Shown here piece after piece: positions 46,253-57,171 of a DNA stretch of 64,000 nt. The stretch is from an uncultured Actinomycetota bacterium. GTDB taxonomy: Bacteria > Actinomycetota > Actinomycetes > JAHEKZ01. The position numbers and the translations under genes were made by a program. Numbering within the stretch: the stretch's first letter is position 1; each line of letters starts with the position of its first letter. Location of the stretch: contig CAVURN010000002.1 in the NCBI GenBank assembly GCA_963743915.1, positions 704,001 through 768,000 of the forward strand, written 5' to 3'. The notes under the pieces are model-generated. The model was given only the letters and a program-made list of their open reading frames with translations. It had not been told where the DNA came from and did not search any database.

Positions 46253-46343
46253 GCGCAGACGCTAGGTGCGCGAGCGTGCCTCCGTCGGGCGCGTGTCGTG
46301 AACTGGGGACAACCGACCGCCACCCGGTTGGGGACAGCGAGCG

Positions 46344-46709
46344 TCAGCGCGCCTCGAACAGCTCGACCGGGTTGCCGGCCGGATCGTCGCAGAGGATCTG
46401 ACGTCCGCCGGGTCCGGTCAGCACGTCGTTGCGCATCGACACCCCCGCGTCCCGTAGTCGCGCCACGACAGCGTCCAGGTCATCCATCTCGAGCACGAGG
46501 CGGTTCCAGCCTCCCGGCTGCGGCTGTCGTCCATCGGGCATCGGCTGGGACGCCGAGGCCGCGGGCCCCGCCACCCACAGGGTCAGGTCCTGGCGTCGGA
46601 GGATGGCCATCGCCGGTCCGTACTGCTGCTCGACGGTAAAGCCGAGATGGTCGCGGTAGAACGCCACGGAGGCGTCCACGTCATCCACCAGGTAGCGCAC
46701 GACGGCCAT
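46344..46709 (-). CDS. VOC/glyoxalase family protein
   Basis: VRYLVDDV..S.AFY, PGGWNR, GPGGRQI..DDPAGNPVELF; GGGAG RBS. Confidence 0.92.
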   Translation of the reverse strand: MAVVRYLVDDVDASVAFYRDHLGFTVEQQYGPAMAILRRQDLTLWVAGPAASASQPMPDGRQPQPGGWNRLVLEMDDLDAVVARLRDAGVSMRNDVLTGPGGRQILCDDPAGNPVELFEAR

Positions 46710-46752
46710 GAGGGTCTCCCGTCGTTCGGTCAGATCGCCTGCGATCTTGCCA

Positions 46753-47433
46753 GTGTTCCCGCGAGCGCTCCAGCGGCTGCGGCGCGAGGCCGATCCACTG
46801 AGGGTGCGCCCCTGGATCGCTCTCCTGCTCATCGCCGGCTCGTTGGCCGCCGCGGTGCGCCACGTGATGGGGCACCGACACCCGATCCTCATCCCTCTTC
46901 TGCTGGTTCCCGCTCTCGTGCTGGGCTGGACGGAGTGGCAGTGGCGCCACGACCAGGCCACGTTCTCGGCGGTGGCCACCGAGATCGCCGGACGGCCGGT
47001 GAACATCGAGTGCCAGCGGTTCGGCGGTGCGCTGCTCGACGTGACCGCTGAGCTCGGGTACGTCCAGTTCGACGCGTCCGGCCGCCCCTCCGACACCGGT
47101 CGGCTCGAGCGCACCGCGTGCTCCAACCTCCGCGACTACCTGCACGGGGACCAGGCCACTCCGACGCTCGACCAGGTCATCGCGGTGCAGGTGCTCGCCC
47201 ATGAGTCGTACCACCTCGCCGGCAGCAGGATCGAGTCGGAGGCGGAGTGCAAGGCGATGCAGCGGCTCGAGGACGTCGCCGGGTGGCTCGGAGCGACACC
47301 GTCTCAGGCGCGTTCGCTGGCAGACCGCTACTCGGTGGACGTCTACCCCCGCATGCCTTCGGCTTACCGGACGGCCGACTGTGTCGACGGCGGGCCGCTG
47401 GACCTGGCTCCCGAGGATCCGACCTGGCCGTGA
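46753..47433 (+). CDS. Membrane-anchored hypothetical protein with an HExxH zinc-peptidase-like motif
   Basis: Two N-terminal TMs; LAHESYHLAG..ESEAEC; four Cys; start uncertain. Confidence 0.75.
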   Translation: MFPRALQRLRREADPLRVRPWIALLLIAGSLAAAVRHVMGHRHPILIPLLLVPALVLGWTEWQWRHDQATFSAVATEIAGRPVNIECQRFGGALLDVTAELGYVQFDASGRPSDTGRLERTACSNLRDYLHGDQATPTLDQVIAVQVLAHESYHLAGSRIESEAECKAMQRLEDVAGWLGATPSQARSLADRYSVDVYPRMPSAYRTADCVDGGPLDLAPEDPTWP

Positions 47434-47434
47434 G

Positions 47435-48277
47435 CTAGCGCGGGCAGATCGCGACGGCGATCATCCCCGGGCCTACGTGCGCGCCCACGACGGCGCCGAC
47501 CTCGCCGACCGTGACAGCGACGGCACCACCGGCACTGCCCTGAATCCGGGCCGCCAGCGACTGTGCCCGCTCGGCATTCGCCAGGTGCTGCACCGCGACG
47601 TCGGCCGCCCCGTCGCCGACCCGCTCGATGGTGAGCTCCTCCAGCCGCGCCAGCGCGCGGGACGTCGTGCGCACCTTCTCGAGAGGTGTCACGTTGCCGT
47701 CGACGAGGTGCAGCAGCGGCTTCACCGACAGCGCCGACCCGACGAGCGCTGCCGCCTTCCCGATCCGTCCGCCACGCCGCAGGTACTCGAGCGTGTCGAC
47801 GTAGAACAGCACGGTGGACGCGGCACTGCGCGTCCGCGCGATCTCCTCGACCGTCGCGGCGTCCGCCCCTGAGGCCGCCGCCTGCGCCGCCGCAAGTACC
47901 GGGAACCCGAGCCCCATGCCGATGGACCGGCTGTCGACGACATGCACCGGGGTCGAGACCTCTTTCGCGGCCAGCTCGGCGGACTCCACCGTGGCCGACA
48001 TCGCCCCCGAGAGGTGCACCGAGACGATCTCGTCGGCGCCCTCGAGCGCCAGCTGCTGGTAGGCGTCCACGAATGCAGACGGGGAGGGGCGTGAGGTGGA
48101 GATCGGACGCCACTCGCGCAGCGCCTCGGCGATGTCGGTCGAGGACACGGCCGTCTCGTCGAAGGTCTCACCACCGACCACGACCTGAACCGGGACGATC
48201 GTCACACCGGCTGCATCCGCCTGTGCCTGCGGCAGGTAGGCGGTGGAGTCGGTGACGACCGCGACCGACGGGCTCAC
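47435..48277 (-). CDS. DegV family fatty-acid binding protein
   Basis: [39 protein letters not shown]. Confidence 0.95.
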   Translation of the reverse strand: MSPSVAVVTDSTAYLPQAQADAAGVTIVPVQVVVGGETFDETAVSSTDIAEALREWRPISTSRPSPSAFVDAYQQLALEGADEIVSVHLSGAMSATVESAELAAKEVSTPVHVVDSRSIGMGLGFPVLAAAQAAASGADAATVEEIARTRSAASTVLFYVDTLEYLRRGGRIGKAAALVGSALSVKPLLHLVDGNVTPLEKVRTTSRALARLEELTIERVGDGAADVAVQHLANAERAQSLAARIQGSAGGAVAVTVGEVGAVVGAHVGPGMIAVAICPR

Positions 48278-50778
48278 GCGGGCACGACATTCACCAGCTT
48301 GGGCGCCCGGACCACGACTGTGCGGACGTCGCGTCCGTCCAGCGAGCGTTGGACGGCGGGGTCCGCCAGAGCCATGGCACGCAGCTCGTCGTCACCGATC
48401 GACGCCGCGACCTCCAACCGGGAGCGCACCTTGCCGGCGACCTGCACGACGCAGGTCACGGTGTCCTCGACGAGCAGTGACTCGTCGACCTCGGGCCAGC
48501 CGGCGAGCGCGACCGATGGCCCATGCCCCAGCAGGTCCCACATCTCCTCGGCGGTGAAGGGCGTGACGAGCGACAGCATCACCGCCACCGCCTCGACTGC
48601 CTCGCGGACCGCCGGGTCGGAGGGACCAGGCTCGCCGTCAATCGCCTTGCGGGTGGCGTTGACCAGCTCCATCGTCCGCGCCACCAGCGAGTTGAAGCGG
48701 AAGCTCTCCACCGCCTGGGCCCCGTCGTGCAGCGCCCGGTGCGTGGCCTTGCGCAGCGCCAGGTCACCGGTGCTCGGGTCGACTCCCGGCGCGGAGTCGA
48801 CGTCGGACGCCAGCCGCCACGCGCGGGCCAGGAACTTGCGAGAGCCGGAGGGCGACAGGTCGTTCCAGTCGACGTCGTCCTCAGGGGGCCCCGCGAAGAC
48901 CATGCTGAGCCGGATCGCGTCCACGCCGTTCTTGGCCAGCTCGTCAGTGAGCGCCACCAGATTGCCACGCGACTTGCTCATGGCGGACCCGTTCATCAGC
49001 ACCATGCCCTGGTTGAGCAGACGGGTGAAGGGTTCGGTGAAGTCGACGTAGCCCATGTCGTACAGCGCCTTGGTGAAGAAGCGGCTGTACAGCAGATGGA
49101 GGATGGCATGGGTGACGCCGCCGACGTACTGGTCGACCGGCAGCCATTCCTTCACCGCCTCGACGTCGAACGGCGCGGTGTCCAGGCGCGGGTCGACGAA
49201 GCGCAGGAAGTACCACGACGAGTCGACGAAGGTGTCCATCGTGTCGGAGTCCCGTAGCGCGGGTCCCTCGCACGTCGGGCACGGCACGTTCATCCACTCG
49301 GTCGCGGCACCCAGGGGTGAGGTTCCCTTCGGCGTGAGGTCGAGGCCCTCGGTCGACGGCAGCGTCACGGGCAGCTCGTCATCGGGGACCGGGACCTCCC
49401 CGCAGTCGGGACAGTGCACGATCGGGATCGGGGTCCCCCAGAACCGTTGACGCGAGATCAGCCAGTCGCGCAGCCGGTAGTTCACCGCCGGCGCGCCGTG
49501 CTGCTTCTCCTGCAGCACCTCGATGATCCGCGTGATCGCAGCGTCCTTGTCCAGGCCGTCCAGCGGCCCGGAGTTCACCAGACGTCCGTCTCCGGTCGTC
49601 GCGACGCCGGTGACCGCCGGGTCGTCCTCCTCGGACTCCACGACCACGCGAACCGGGAGGTCGAAGGCGCGCGCGAAGTCGAGGTCGCGCTGGTCGTGCG
49701 CGGGGACCGCCATGATCGCCCCGTGCCCGTAGTCAGCCAGCACGTAGTCAGCGGCGAAGATCGGCAGCCGCTCGCCATTGACCGGGTTCACCGCGTGTCG
49801 CTGAAGGAACACCCCGGTCTTCGGTCGGTCGGTCGACAGCCGGTCGACCTCACTGGTCTGGCGCACCTGTGTGAGGTACGTCGCGAACTCCTCCTGCACG
49901 TCGTCCGGTGCCCCGGCCGCCAGCTCGGCAGCCAGGTCGGAGTCGGCAGCCACCACGAAGAACGTCGCACCGAACAACGTGTCAGGACGAGTCGTGTAGA
50001 TCGTGACCGGCTCGGTGCGTCCCTCGATCTCGAAGACGACGTCCGCGCCAGTTGAGCGACCGACCCAGTTGCGCTGCATCAGCAGCACCTTCTCCGGCCA
50101 CGCGCCCTCGAGCTGCTCCATGTCGTCCAGCAGCCGGTCCGCGTACTGGGTGATGCGGAAGTACCACTGCGTCAGCTTCTTCTTCGTGACCGGGGTGTCG
50201 CAGCGCTCGCACCGTCCGCCGACCACCTGCTCGTTGGCCAGCACGGTCTGGTCGTTCGGGCACCAGTTGACCTGCGACGGCTTGCGGTACGCCAGCCCCT
50301 TCTCGAACAGACGCAGGAACAGCCACTGGTTCCACCGGTAGTACTCCGGGTCGCAGGTGTTCAGGACGCGGTCCCAGTCGAATGAGCACGCGTACCGGCG
50401 CATGGACGCCTTCTGCGTCTCGATGTTCTCGTACGTCCACGCCGTGGGGTCGACCCCGCGCTTGATGGCCGCGTTCTCGGCCGGCAGGCCGAAGGCGTCC
50501 CAGCCAATCGGGTGCATGACGTTGAACCCGCGCTGCACCCAGTAGCGGGCGATGACGTCACCCAGGGCGTAGGCCTCGGCGTGACCCATGTGCAGGTCGC
50601 CCGACGGGTACGGGAACATGTCGAGGACGTACTTCTTCGGGCGCTCGTCGTCGGAGTTGCCGGAGCGGAAGGGGGCGAGCTCGTCCCAGACGGGCAGCCA
50701 CTTCTCCTGGACGGCGAAGACGTCGTACGTCTCGCGGGGCTCCCGGGTCTCCTCGGCGGGGGCGGCTGTCTCGCTCAT
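48274..50778 (-). CDS. leuS: Leucine--tRNA ligase
   Basis: [15 protein letters not shown]1 editing domain ([16 protein letters not shown]), AMSKS; GAGGA RBS. Confidence 0.98.
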   Translation of the reverse strand: MSETAAPAEETREPRETYDVFAVQEKWLPVWDELAPFRSGNSDDERPKKYVLDMFPYPSGDLHMGHAEAYALGDVIARYWVQRGFNVMHPIGWDAFGLPAENAAIKRGVDPTAWTYENIETQKASMRRYACSFDWDRVLNTCDPEYYRWNQWLFLRLFEKGLAYRKPSQVNWCPNDQTVLANEQVVGGRCERCDTPVTKKKLTQWYFRITQYADRLLDDMEQLEGAWPEKVLLMQRNWVGRSTGADVVFEIEGRTEPVTIYTTRPDTLFGATFFVVAADSDLAAELAAGAPDDVQEEFATYLTQVRQTSEVDRLSTDRPKTGVFLQRHAVNPVNGERLPIFAADYVLADYGHGAIMAVPAHDQRDLDFARAFDLPVRVVVESEEDDPAVTGVATTGDGRLVNSGPLDGLDKDAAITRIIEVLQEKQHGAPAVNYRLRDWLISRQRFWGTPIPIVHCPDCGEVPVPDDELPVTLPSTEGLDLTPKGTSPLGAATEWMNVPCPTCEGPALRDSDTMDTFVDSSWYFLRFVDPRLDTAPFDVEAVKEWLPVDQYVGGVTHAILHLLYSRFFTKALYDMGYVDFTEPFTRLLNQGMVLMNGSAMSKSRGNLVALTDELAKNGVDAIRLSMVFAGPPEDDVDWNDLSPSGSRKFLARAWRLASDVDSAPGVDPSTGDLALRKATHRALHDGAQAVESFRFNSLVARTMELVNATRKAIDGEPGPSDPAVREAVEAVAVMLSLVTPFTAEEMWDLLGHGPSVALAGWPEVDESLLVEDTVTCVVQVAGKVRSRLEVAASIGDDELRAMALADPAVQRSLDGRDVRTVVVRAPKLVNVVPA

Positions 50779-50821
50779 CGGTTCCTCACTCCTCGGGCTG
50801 CAGGTGGCTGATCGGCTCCGG

Positions 50822-50851
50822 ACAACACAAAGCCCCTCGCACGCGAGGGGC
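50822..50851 (-). terminator. Attenuator terminator upstream of leuS
   Basis: Minus strand GCCCCTCGC-GT-GCGAGGGGC followed by TTTGTGTTGT. Confidence 0.8.
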
Positions 50852-50887
50852 AGCCGCACTGTCGAGAGGTGCTGGGCACCTGTCGGG

Positions 50888-50923
50888 TCAGTGCGGCTCG
50901 GTAAGGAGCAGCAGCGCCTGCAT
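50888..50923 (-). CDS. leuS leader peptide [11 protein letters not shown]
   Basis: ATG CAG GCG CTG CTG CTC CTT ACC GAG CCG CAC TGA; TACCCT -10 lies 7 nt upstream; AGCCGCACT pairs with AGTGCGGCT just before the terminator. Confidence 0.88.
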   Translation of the reverse strand: MQALLLLTEPH

Positions 50924-51052
50924 GTCAGCCAGGGTACACCCCACTTTGATCACGTTTGGTGGTCAACATGGCGGAGATTGGCGGCAGGACGCCAGAGCAA
51001 GCGCAGTTTCGCCACCACCGGGTGTGCGGACAACGCGTCCGTGCCGTGAGAC

Positions 51053-52160
51053 CTACGCGTTCGGCTGCTGCTCCTCCTCGGCAGCCAGCTGCGCGCGGGA
51101 CCGGGGTCCGCCGCGTCGCAGGGCCCGGCGCAGGTACATCTCCTGGTCGGCCTTGCCGAGCAGGGTGTCGAGGGTGCCGCTGTCCCAGGGGGCGAGCATG
51201 GCGCCGCCGGCGCAGACCTTGGGCTCCCAGACGTCCAGCGGGACCGGGGGGTTGAGCAGGACGCGCTCGCGGAGTCGACGCTCGAGCTCCATCGGGCTCA
51301 TCCCCGGTCCGGGGCCGATCACGCAGAACTCGTCGCCACCCCACCGCGCGACGATGTCCGTCGCCCGCGTGACCGAGCGGAGCGCGTCGGAGATGGCGAC
51401 CACGACGTCGTCACCCGCCTCCTCGCCGGCGACCTCGTTCACGTGGCGCAGCTGGTCGATGTCGACGTACACGCAGTGCACGGCGTCGCCGGAGCGCCGT
51501 GCTGTCTCGACGATCTGCTGGCCCATCATCGACAGGCCCTTGCGGTTGACCAGCCCGGTGAGCGGGTCACGCACCGATGCCTGCGCCGCGGACGTCGCTG
51601 AGCTCGGCCAGCTGCTCGGCGAGCCGCCGACGGCTGACGCTGGACAGGACGCCGGCGGCGGTGACGGCGGCACCCGCACCGAGCCACCCGGTCGGCCACT
51701 CGAGGAGGTTGGCCGCAGCCAGTCCGGCGAGCCAACCGACCCAGACGGTGTAGACGGCGGCCACGACCCACCGCGTCGAGAGCACCCCGGCTCCCACCAG
51801 GCTGAGGGCCACCAGCACCCCGAGCGACCACTGCACGTCGTCGGTGAGCACCAGCCCCGCGACGCCGGCGCCGGCCGGCGCCAAGGCCACGACGACGGCG
51901 ACGACCTCGGGGAGCGGGACGAGGTCCGGCCGGACCCAGGCCAGCAGGGCAAGGGCCACCAGAAGACCCGCGGTCACCCCCATGACGGTGACGGCCACGG
52001 CGGACACGCCCGTCATGGCCCCGGCCGCACCGGCTCCGATCAGGGCGAACGCCGAGACGGCGGTCATCAGGGGCAGGCCGGCTCGCACGGCGTCCTCGTT
52101 GAGGGCGTCGTCAGGTTCGGTGGGACCGCCAAAGGTCACAGTGGGCTTGTCGTCAGACAT
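51053..52160 (-). CDS. Membrane-bound diguanylate cyclase (GGDEF); one apparent +1 indel near 51590
   Basis: About six TMs, then DPLTGLVNR, DID, RWGGDEF and ADQEMY in the adjacent frame. Confidence 0.9.
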
Positions 52161-52303
52161 CGAGGGCACCTTGACGCACCGTCCCAGGGTGCGCAGCCGA
52201 ATTCCGAGAAGTCCACCCGGATGGCCGCCAGGACACCCCTGAGGCGTCCCGGCGCGCGTGGCCGCTGGCCAGGCTCTCGACGATGGCGACCCATCACAAC
52301 GGG

Positions 52304-52376
52304 TGGAGCTAAGGGGATTCGAACCCCTGACCTTCTGCATGCCATGCAGACGCGCTACCAACTGCGCCATAGCCCC
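52304..52376 (-). tRNA. tRNA-Ala(GGC), CCA not encoded
   Basis: Reverse complement GGGGCTATGGCGCAGTTGGTAGCGCGTCTGCAT-GGC-ATGCAGAAGGTCAGGGGTTCGAATCCCCTTAGCTCCA; G3:U70 pair present. Confidence 0.97.
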
Positions 52377-52446
52377 GCGAACCGGGCCAACTCTACCGGG
52401 GCCCCACGGGCGCTCCAAACGGACCCGAGGGCGTTGGACGCGGCGC

Positions 52447-53097
52447 TCAGCGGTCGTCGCCGAGCACGGCCTCAGGGAGGCTGCCGGCGTTGTGCTCGGT
52501 GAGCCGCCAGCCGCGGCGTCCCTCCTCGAGCACCGACCAGCAGCAGTTGGCCAACCCACCGAAGACCCTCCACTGCTCGACCGGCAGCTCCAGCATCCGG
52601 CCGAGAGTGCTACGGATCGTGCCGCCGTGGGAGACCACCACCGCCAGCCCCCCTGGGCTGAGGCCGGCGACCACGTCCCGGACCACGGCTGCCGCGCGGT
52701 CCCCGACCTGGCTGCGGGTCTCCGACCCTCCCGCCGCGGCATCGTCACCGCTCAGCCACTCGAGGTACAGCGGGTCGTCCTTGAGGTCGCGGGCGTACTG
52801 CCCCTCCCAGGTGCCGCCGTGCGTCTCACGCAGTTGAGGCATCTGCTGCACGGACAGTCCTGTGAGGTCGGCGAGCATCTGTGCAGTGTCGGCGGCGCGT
52901 GAGAGGTCCGACGACACGATGACCTCGGGATGCAGAGAAGCCAACCGTGCCGCCGCGGATGATGCCTGCTCACGGCCGACGGCGTTGAGCGGGATGTCGA
53001 TGTGGCCCTGGAAGCGGTTGTCGTCGTTCCAGTCTGTGCGGCCGTGCCGCCAGAGGACGACCTTGCGACCCAGCGACCCGCCCGGCGACCGGCTCAG
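52447..53097 (-). CDS. Histidine phosphatase family protein
   Basis: WRHGRT, SSDLSRA, LRE, SHGG; start uncertain (a CTG overlaps the rsfS stop). Confidence 0.93.
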   Translation of the reverse strand: MSRSPGGSLGRKVVLWRHGRTDWNDDNRFQGHIDIPLNAVGREQASSAAARLASLHPEVIVSSDLSRAADTAQMLADLTGLSVQQMPQLRETHGGTWEGQYARDLKDDPLYLEWLSGDDAAAGGSETRSQVGDRAAAVVRDVVAGLSPGGLAVVVSHGGTIRSTLGRMLELPVEQWRVFGGLANCCWSVLEEGRRGWRLTEHNAGSLPEAVLGDDR

Positions 53098-53468
53098 CGC
53101 GCCACCTCGACGACCTCGTCGAGCGGGATCGTCGGGCAGTCGCTCCACAGCCGCTCGAGGGAGTAGAAGGCACGCTCGTCCTCGTGCTGTACGTGCACCA
53201 CGACGTCGATGTAGTCGAGCAGCACCCAGCGGTTCTCCCGCTCGCCCTCACGATGGGCGGGCTTGGCCCCGTTCGCCGCCAGCCGTTCCTCGATCGCCTC
53301 GACGATCGCCCGCACCTGGCGGTCGTTGGGGGCCGAGCAGAGCACGAAGGCGTCCGCGACCGCCAGCTGTTCGCTGACGTCGAACGCGATGATGTCCTGC
53401 GCGAGCTTGTCGGACGCCGCGACGGCGGCCTCACGGACCAGGTGGATGGACTCTGAGCTGGCAGTCAC
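53094..53468 (-). CDS. rsfS: Ribosome silencing factor
   Basis: DKLAQDI, RQVRAI, REG, WVLLDY.DVVVHV, FYSLERLW. Confidence 0.97.
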   Translation of the reverse strand: MTASSESIHLVREAAVAASDKLAQDIIAFDVSEQLAVADAFVLCSAPNDRQVRAIVEAIEERLAANGAKPAHREGERENRWVLLDYIDVVVHVQHEDERAFYSLERLWSDCPTIPLDEVVEVAR

Positions 53469-53507
53469 GCGGCTCCTTGCAGGGGTGGACGGGCTGTTCC
53501 TAGCCTC

Positions 53508-54881
53508 TCACGGCTTGAAATCGGCGCCCAGGACGACGATCACGTCCGCCAGCGTGCTGCCCTGGTTGCTGACCCGCACCGCGCTGGCGGGCAGGCCAAG
53601 GGTGGCGGCCACGTCGTCACCCAGCGCTTGCGACGCCGGCTCGGTGTCCGGGATGAGCACGACGGACTCCTCGACCTCGAAGGAGCTGGCGTTGCCCCCG
53701 TTGAGGAACTCGTACCCCTGGTCGCGCAGGAGCTGGGCGGCCTCCTGCTCGAGCCCCGGGGTGCCCACGCCGTTCTGCACCAGCACCGTGATCTCCTGGC
53801 CACCCGCGTCCGGAGGCAGCGAGTCGGCGAGCAGGCCCTCGCGCAGCCGCTCCAGCCCCTCGGGGTCGACGATCAACGACGGCACCGGTCCGCCAGTCTC
53901 GAGGGTGTCGACCGGAAGGGTCTGGTACGAGGCGTCGCCCGAGCGGCTGAGGTCTCCGTAGCCGAGCAGGAAGTCGGCCAGGCTCTCGACGTCCAACGTG
54001 GCGCGGTCGGTGGCCCCGGACGCCTCCAGCGCCTGGACGAGCGCCGCGCGGTCGTCGGGCAGCCGTTGGGTCAGCTGGTCCAGCACCTGACTGAAGCGCG
54101 CGAGGCGAGACTCCTCGGCCTCACCGTCGCCGAGGTACGTCGCGAACGCGACCGCCTGGGCACCGTTGAGGAGCTGACCGTCGCCGGCACCCACCACGAT
54201 CTGCTGTCCCTCGACGACGTCGACGTCGACGTCGACGAGAACCCCTTGTGCGGCGTCGACGAGCGAGGCGAGCATGCCGTCGGACATCTGCCAGGTGTCG
54301 TCGACGACGACGTCGAGAGTGTCGGCGAGCGAGTTGCCCGGGGCGTCGTTGCTGGGCAGCAGCACGGTCTCCCCGAACGGGAGACCCTGAGGTGTCGACC
54401 CCTCGACGAAGAGCCGCGAGTGGATCAGCACCGCGCCTGCCGAGCTGTTGTCGGCGTCATAGACCATCAGCGCCCCGGACGTCGCCGGGTCGGTGCCGCG
54501 GGCGAGGGTGACGGTCACGGTGCGTTCGGTGCGTCCGACCGCCGTGCCGGTCTGGTCGTCGTCACCGCGACCGGCGAGGAAGATGGCCAGCAGCACGCCC
54601 AGCACCACGACCGCTGCCACGGCGACTCCGGTCAGGATCCACCGGCGACGCGCCTGCCGTCGCTGCTCCTCGCGCTGGCGGCGCAGCTGCCTTCGCGAGG
54701 CCGGCTCAACAGCTGGTGGCTTCGAGGCCCCGGGCAGGACGGTGGCGCTGCCTGGCTGTGGCGGTGTCTTGCCGCCCGTCAGCCGGTCCTCCAGGGACAC
54801 CTCGCCGGGCTTCGCCGCGCGCTTGGCCGTGGGGCGCTCATGACCGCCGCGGCGCGACCCATGACGCCGGTCCGGGCTCAT
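53508..54881 (-). CDS. LCP/LytR C-terminal domain membrane protein
   Basis: Basic N-terminus, single [12 protein letters not shown]-terminal VLVQNG.G.PG...[10 protein letters not shown]; nadD-rsfS synteny. Confidence 0.85.
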   Translation of the reverse strand: MSPDRRHGSRRGGHERPTAKRAAKPGEVSLEDRLTGGKTPPQPGSATVLPGASKPPAVEPASRRQLRRQREEQRRQARRRWILTGVAVAAVVVLGVLLAIFLAGRGDDDQTGTAVGRTERTVTVTLARGTDPATSGALMVYDADNSSAGAVLIHSRLFVEGSTPQGLPFGETVLLPSNDAPGNSLADTLDVVVDDTWQMSDGMLASLVDAAQGVLVDVDVDVVEGQQIVVGAGDGQLLNGAQAVAFATYLGDGEAEESRLARFSQVLDQLTQRLPDDRAALVQALEASGATDRATLDVESLADFLLGYGDLSRSGDASYQTLPVDTLETGGPVPSLIVDPEGLERLREGLLADSLPPDAGGQEITVLVQNGVGTPGLEQEAAQLLRDQGYEFLNGGNASSFEVEESVVLIPDTEPASQALGDDVAATLGLPASAVRVSNQGSTLADVIVVLGADFKP

Positions 54882-55472
54882 GCGGCGTCCTGCCGGTACA
54901 GGGCACGCTTGGCGACGTAGCGCGCAACACCCTCGGGAACCAGGTAGTCGATGGGACGACCCTCCGACACGCGGGTGCGGATGTCGGTGGACGAGATGGC
55001 CAGCGCAGGCACCTCCACGAGGCTCACCTCACCGGTGGGCAGACCCGGGTCGGCGAGCACGTGCCCGGGGCGCGTGACGCCGACGAAGTGCGCGAGGGCG
55101 TAGAGCTCGTCGACCTGGTGCCAGGTGAGCAGCTGGGCCAGCGCATCGGCGCCGGTGATGAAGTACAGCTGCCCGGCGTCCGGGTACTGCGCGTGCAGGT
55201 CGCGGAGGGTGTCGAGGGTGTACGTCGGACCCTCGCGGTCGATGTCGACCCGGCTGACCGAGAAACGGGAGTCGGCGGCCGTGGCGATCACCGTCATCAG
55301 GTAGCGGTCCTCGGCCGGGGAGACCTGGCGGTCGGTCTTCTGCCACGGAGCGCCCGGTCGGCACGAACACCACCGTGTCGAGCGTGAAGGACGCCGCGAC
55401 CTCGCTGGCCGCGACCAGGTGGCCGTGGTGGATGGGGTCGAAGGTGCCGCCCATGACCCCGATGCGCCGCAT
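54878..55472 (-). CDS. nadD: Nicotinate-nucleotide adenylyltransferase (one apparent +1 indel near 55354)
   Basis: [12 protein letters not shown], then [18 protein letters not shown] and ISSTDIR in the next frame. Confidence 0.96.
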
Positions 55473-55512
55473 GACCGGGATTCTCCTGACTGTGGGCAGC
55501 CGCCTGGACCGG

Positions 55513-55656
55513 TCAGCGGTCGAGGTTGAGCCGGGTGACCGCGATCAACAGGATCACGAAGAGGACGAAGACCGTACCCGCCAGGGTGATCGCCAGCGGG
55601 AAGCCGGACTCCTCGGCCTCGGCGGCCCCCTCGGCGATGCGGACCAGTGCGAGCAT
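55513..55656 (-). CDS. 47-aa single-TM microprotein [47 protein letters not shown]
   Basis: GAGGTG RBS, upstream TAGGCT -10, GC3-biased codons, one TM helix; below the ORF-track cutoff. Confidence 0.8.
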   Translation of the reverse strand: MLALVRIAEGAAEAEESGFPLAITLAGTVFVLFVILLIAVTRLNLDR

Positions 55657-55714
55657 GCTTCACCTCTGCGTGAGCCAGGAACGGACGGGGGCTCAGCCTA
55701 CCCAAACCGGGCAC

Positions 55715-56998
55715 TCAGGTGCGGATGTGGCCGTCGCCGGTGACGACGTACTTGGTGGAGGTCAGCTCGGCCAGGCCCATGGGTCCACGGGCGTGCAGCT
55801 TCTGGGTCGAGATGCCGATCTCGGCACCGAAGCCGAACTCTCCCCCGTCGGTGAACCGGGTCGAGGCGTTGACCATGACGGCCGCGGCGTCCACCTCGGC
55901 CACGAAACGGCGGGCCGACGACTGGTTCTCGGTGACGATCGCCTCGGTGTGGCCCGTCGACCAGCGGCGGATGTGGGTGACGGCGTCGTCCAGCGAGTCG
56001 ACGACCCCCGCCGCGATGTCGAGCGAGTAGTACTCGGCGGCCCAGTCGTCGTCGGTGACGTCGGCGAAGCCGATGCCGGCCGCCGCTGCGTAGTCGCGCA
56101 TGCGGGCGTCGCCGTGGATGGTGACCCCGGCGTCCTTCAGCGCGGCGAGCGCTGCGGGCAGGAACACGTCGGCGACGTCGGCGTGCACGAGGAAGGTCTC
56201 GGCGGCGTTGCAGACGCTCGGACGCTGCGTCTTGGAGTTGACCAGGAGCCGCACCGCCTTGTCGACGTCGGCGGCGGCGTCGATGTAGACGTGGCAGTTG
56301 CCGACGCCGGTCTCGATGACGGGGACCGTGGACTCCTCGACGACCGAGCGGATCAGCCCAGCACCGCCGCGCGGGATGAGCACGTCGACGTAGCCGCGGG
56401 CGGTCATCAGGTGCTTGGCGGCCTCGTGCGTGGTGCCGGGGACGAGCTGAACGGCGTCCCGCGGCAGCCCGGACGCCTCGAGCGCGTCCTGCATGACGGC
56501 GACCAGAGCGGTGTTCGAGTCGAACGCCGAGGACGAGCCGCGCAGCAGCACGGCGTTGCCCGACTTCAGGCAGAGCCCGGCGGCGTCCACGGTGACGTTC
56601 GGGCGAGCCTCGTAGATGATCCCGACCACGCCCATCGGGACGCGGACCTGCCGCACCTCGAGGCCGTTGGGCAGGGTGTAGCCGCGGACCACCTCGCCGA
56701 CCGGGTCGGGCAGCTCGGCCACGTGCCGCAGCGCGTCGGCGATGGCGGCGAGGCGCTCGCGGGTGAGGGTGAGGCGGTCGACCAGCCCCGCGGGCGTGCC
56801 CGCTGCCAGGGCGCGCGTGATGTCGCCGTGGTTGGCCGCGACCACCTCGTCGGCACGCGCGTCCAGGGCATCGGCCATCGCGCGGATCGCGGCGTCCTTG
56901 GTGGCCCGGGTGGCCGGGGCCAGCACGGTGGCCGCTTCGCGGGCGCGGCGTGCAGCGTCCAGCACGGCATCGCGTTCGCTGGTGACGGTGTCGCTCAT
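55715..56998 (-). CDS. proA: Gamma-glutamyl phosphate reductase
   Basis: [45 protein letters not shown]. Confidence 0.98.
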   Translation of the reverse strand: MSDTVTSERDAVLDAARRAREAATVLAPATRATKDAAIRAMADALDARADEVVAANHGDITRALAAGTPAGLVDRLTLTRERLAAIADALRHVAELPDPVGEVVRGYTLPNGLEVRQVRVPMGVVGIIYEARPNVTVDAAGLCLKSGNAVLLRGSSSAFDSNTALVAVMQDALEASGLPRDAVQLVPGTTHEAAKHLMTARGYVDVLIPRGGAGLIRSVVEESTVPVIETGVGNCHVYIDAAADVDKAVRLLVNSKTQRPSVCNAAETFLVHADVADVFLPAALAALKDAGVTIHGDARMRDYAAAAGIGFADVTDDDWAAEYYSLDIAAGVVDSLDDAVTHIRRWSTGHTEAIVTENQSSARRFVAEVDAAAVMVNASTRFTDGGEFGFGAEIGISTQKLHARGPMGLAELTSTKYVVTGDGHIRT

Positions 56999-57029
56999 CG
57001 GTCCAGGGTAATGGGGGCACCGTTGGCCT

Positions 57030-57096
57030 CGAGATGAGGCTTCGCGTGGGACCTGGAGCGATTCGGCACGCGAATCCGACGCCAACCCTCATCTCG
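57030..57096. repeat. Nested intergenic palindrome
   Basis: Outer arms CGAGATGAGG/CCTCATCTCG and inner arms TTCGCGTG/CACGCGAA. Confidence 0.7.
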
Positions 57097-57171
57097 GGGA
57101 GCTGGGGTGCGAAGAAGTGGGATCAACCGCACGCACCAACGCCGATCGCCGGCACCGGGTCAGAATGGGGC

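Noticed and set aside
46707-46710. Two divergent genes sharing one CATG as start codons
   Set aside because: The plus-strand gene more plausibly starts at a downstream GTG (46753 or later); only the VOC ATG has an RBS.
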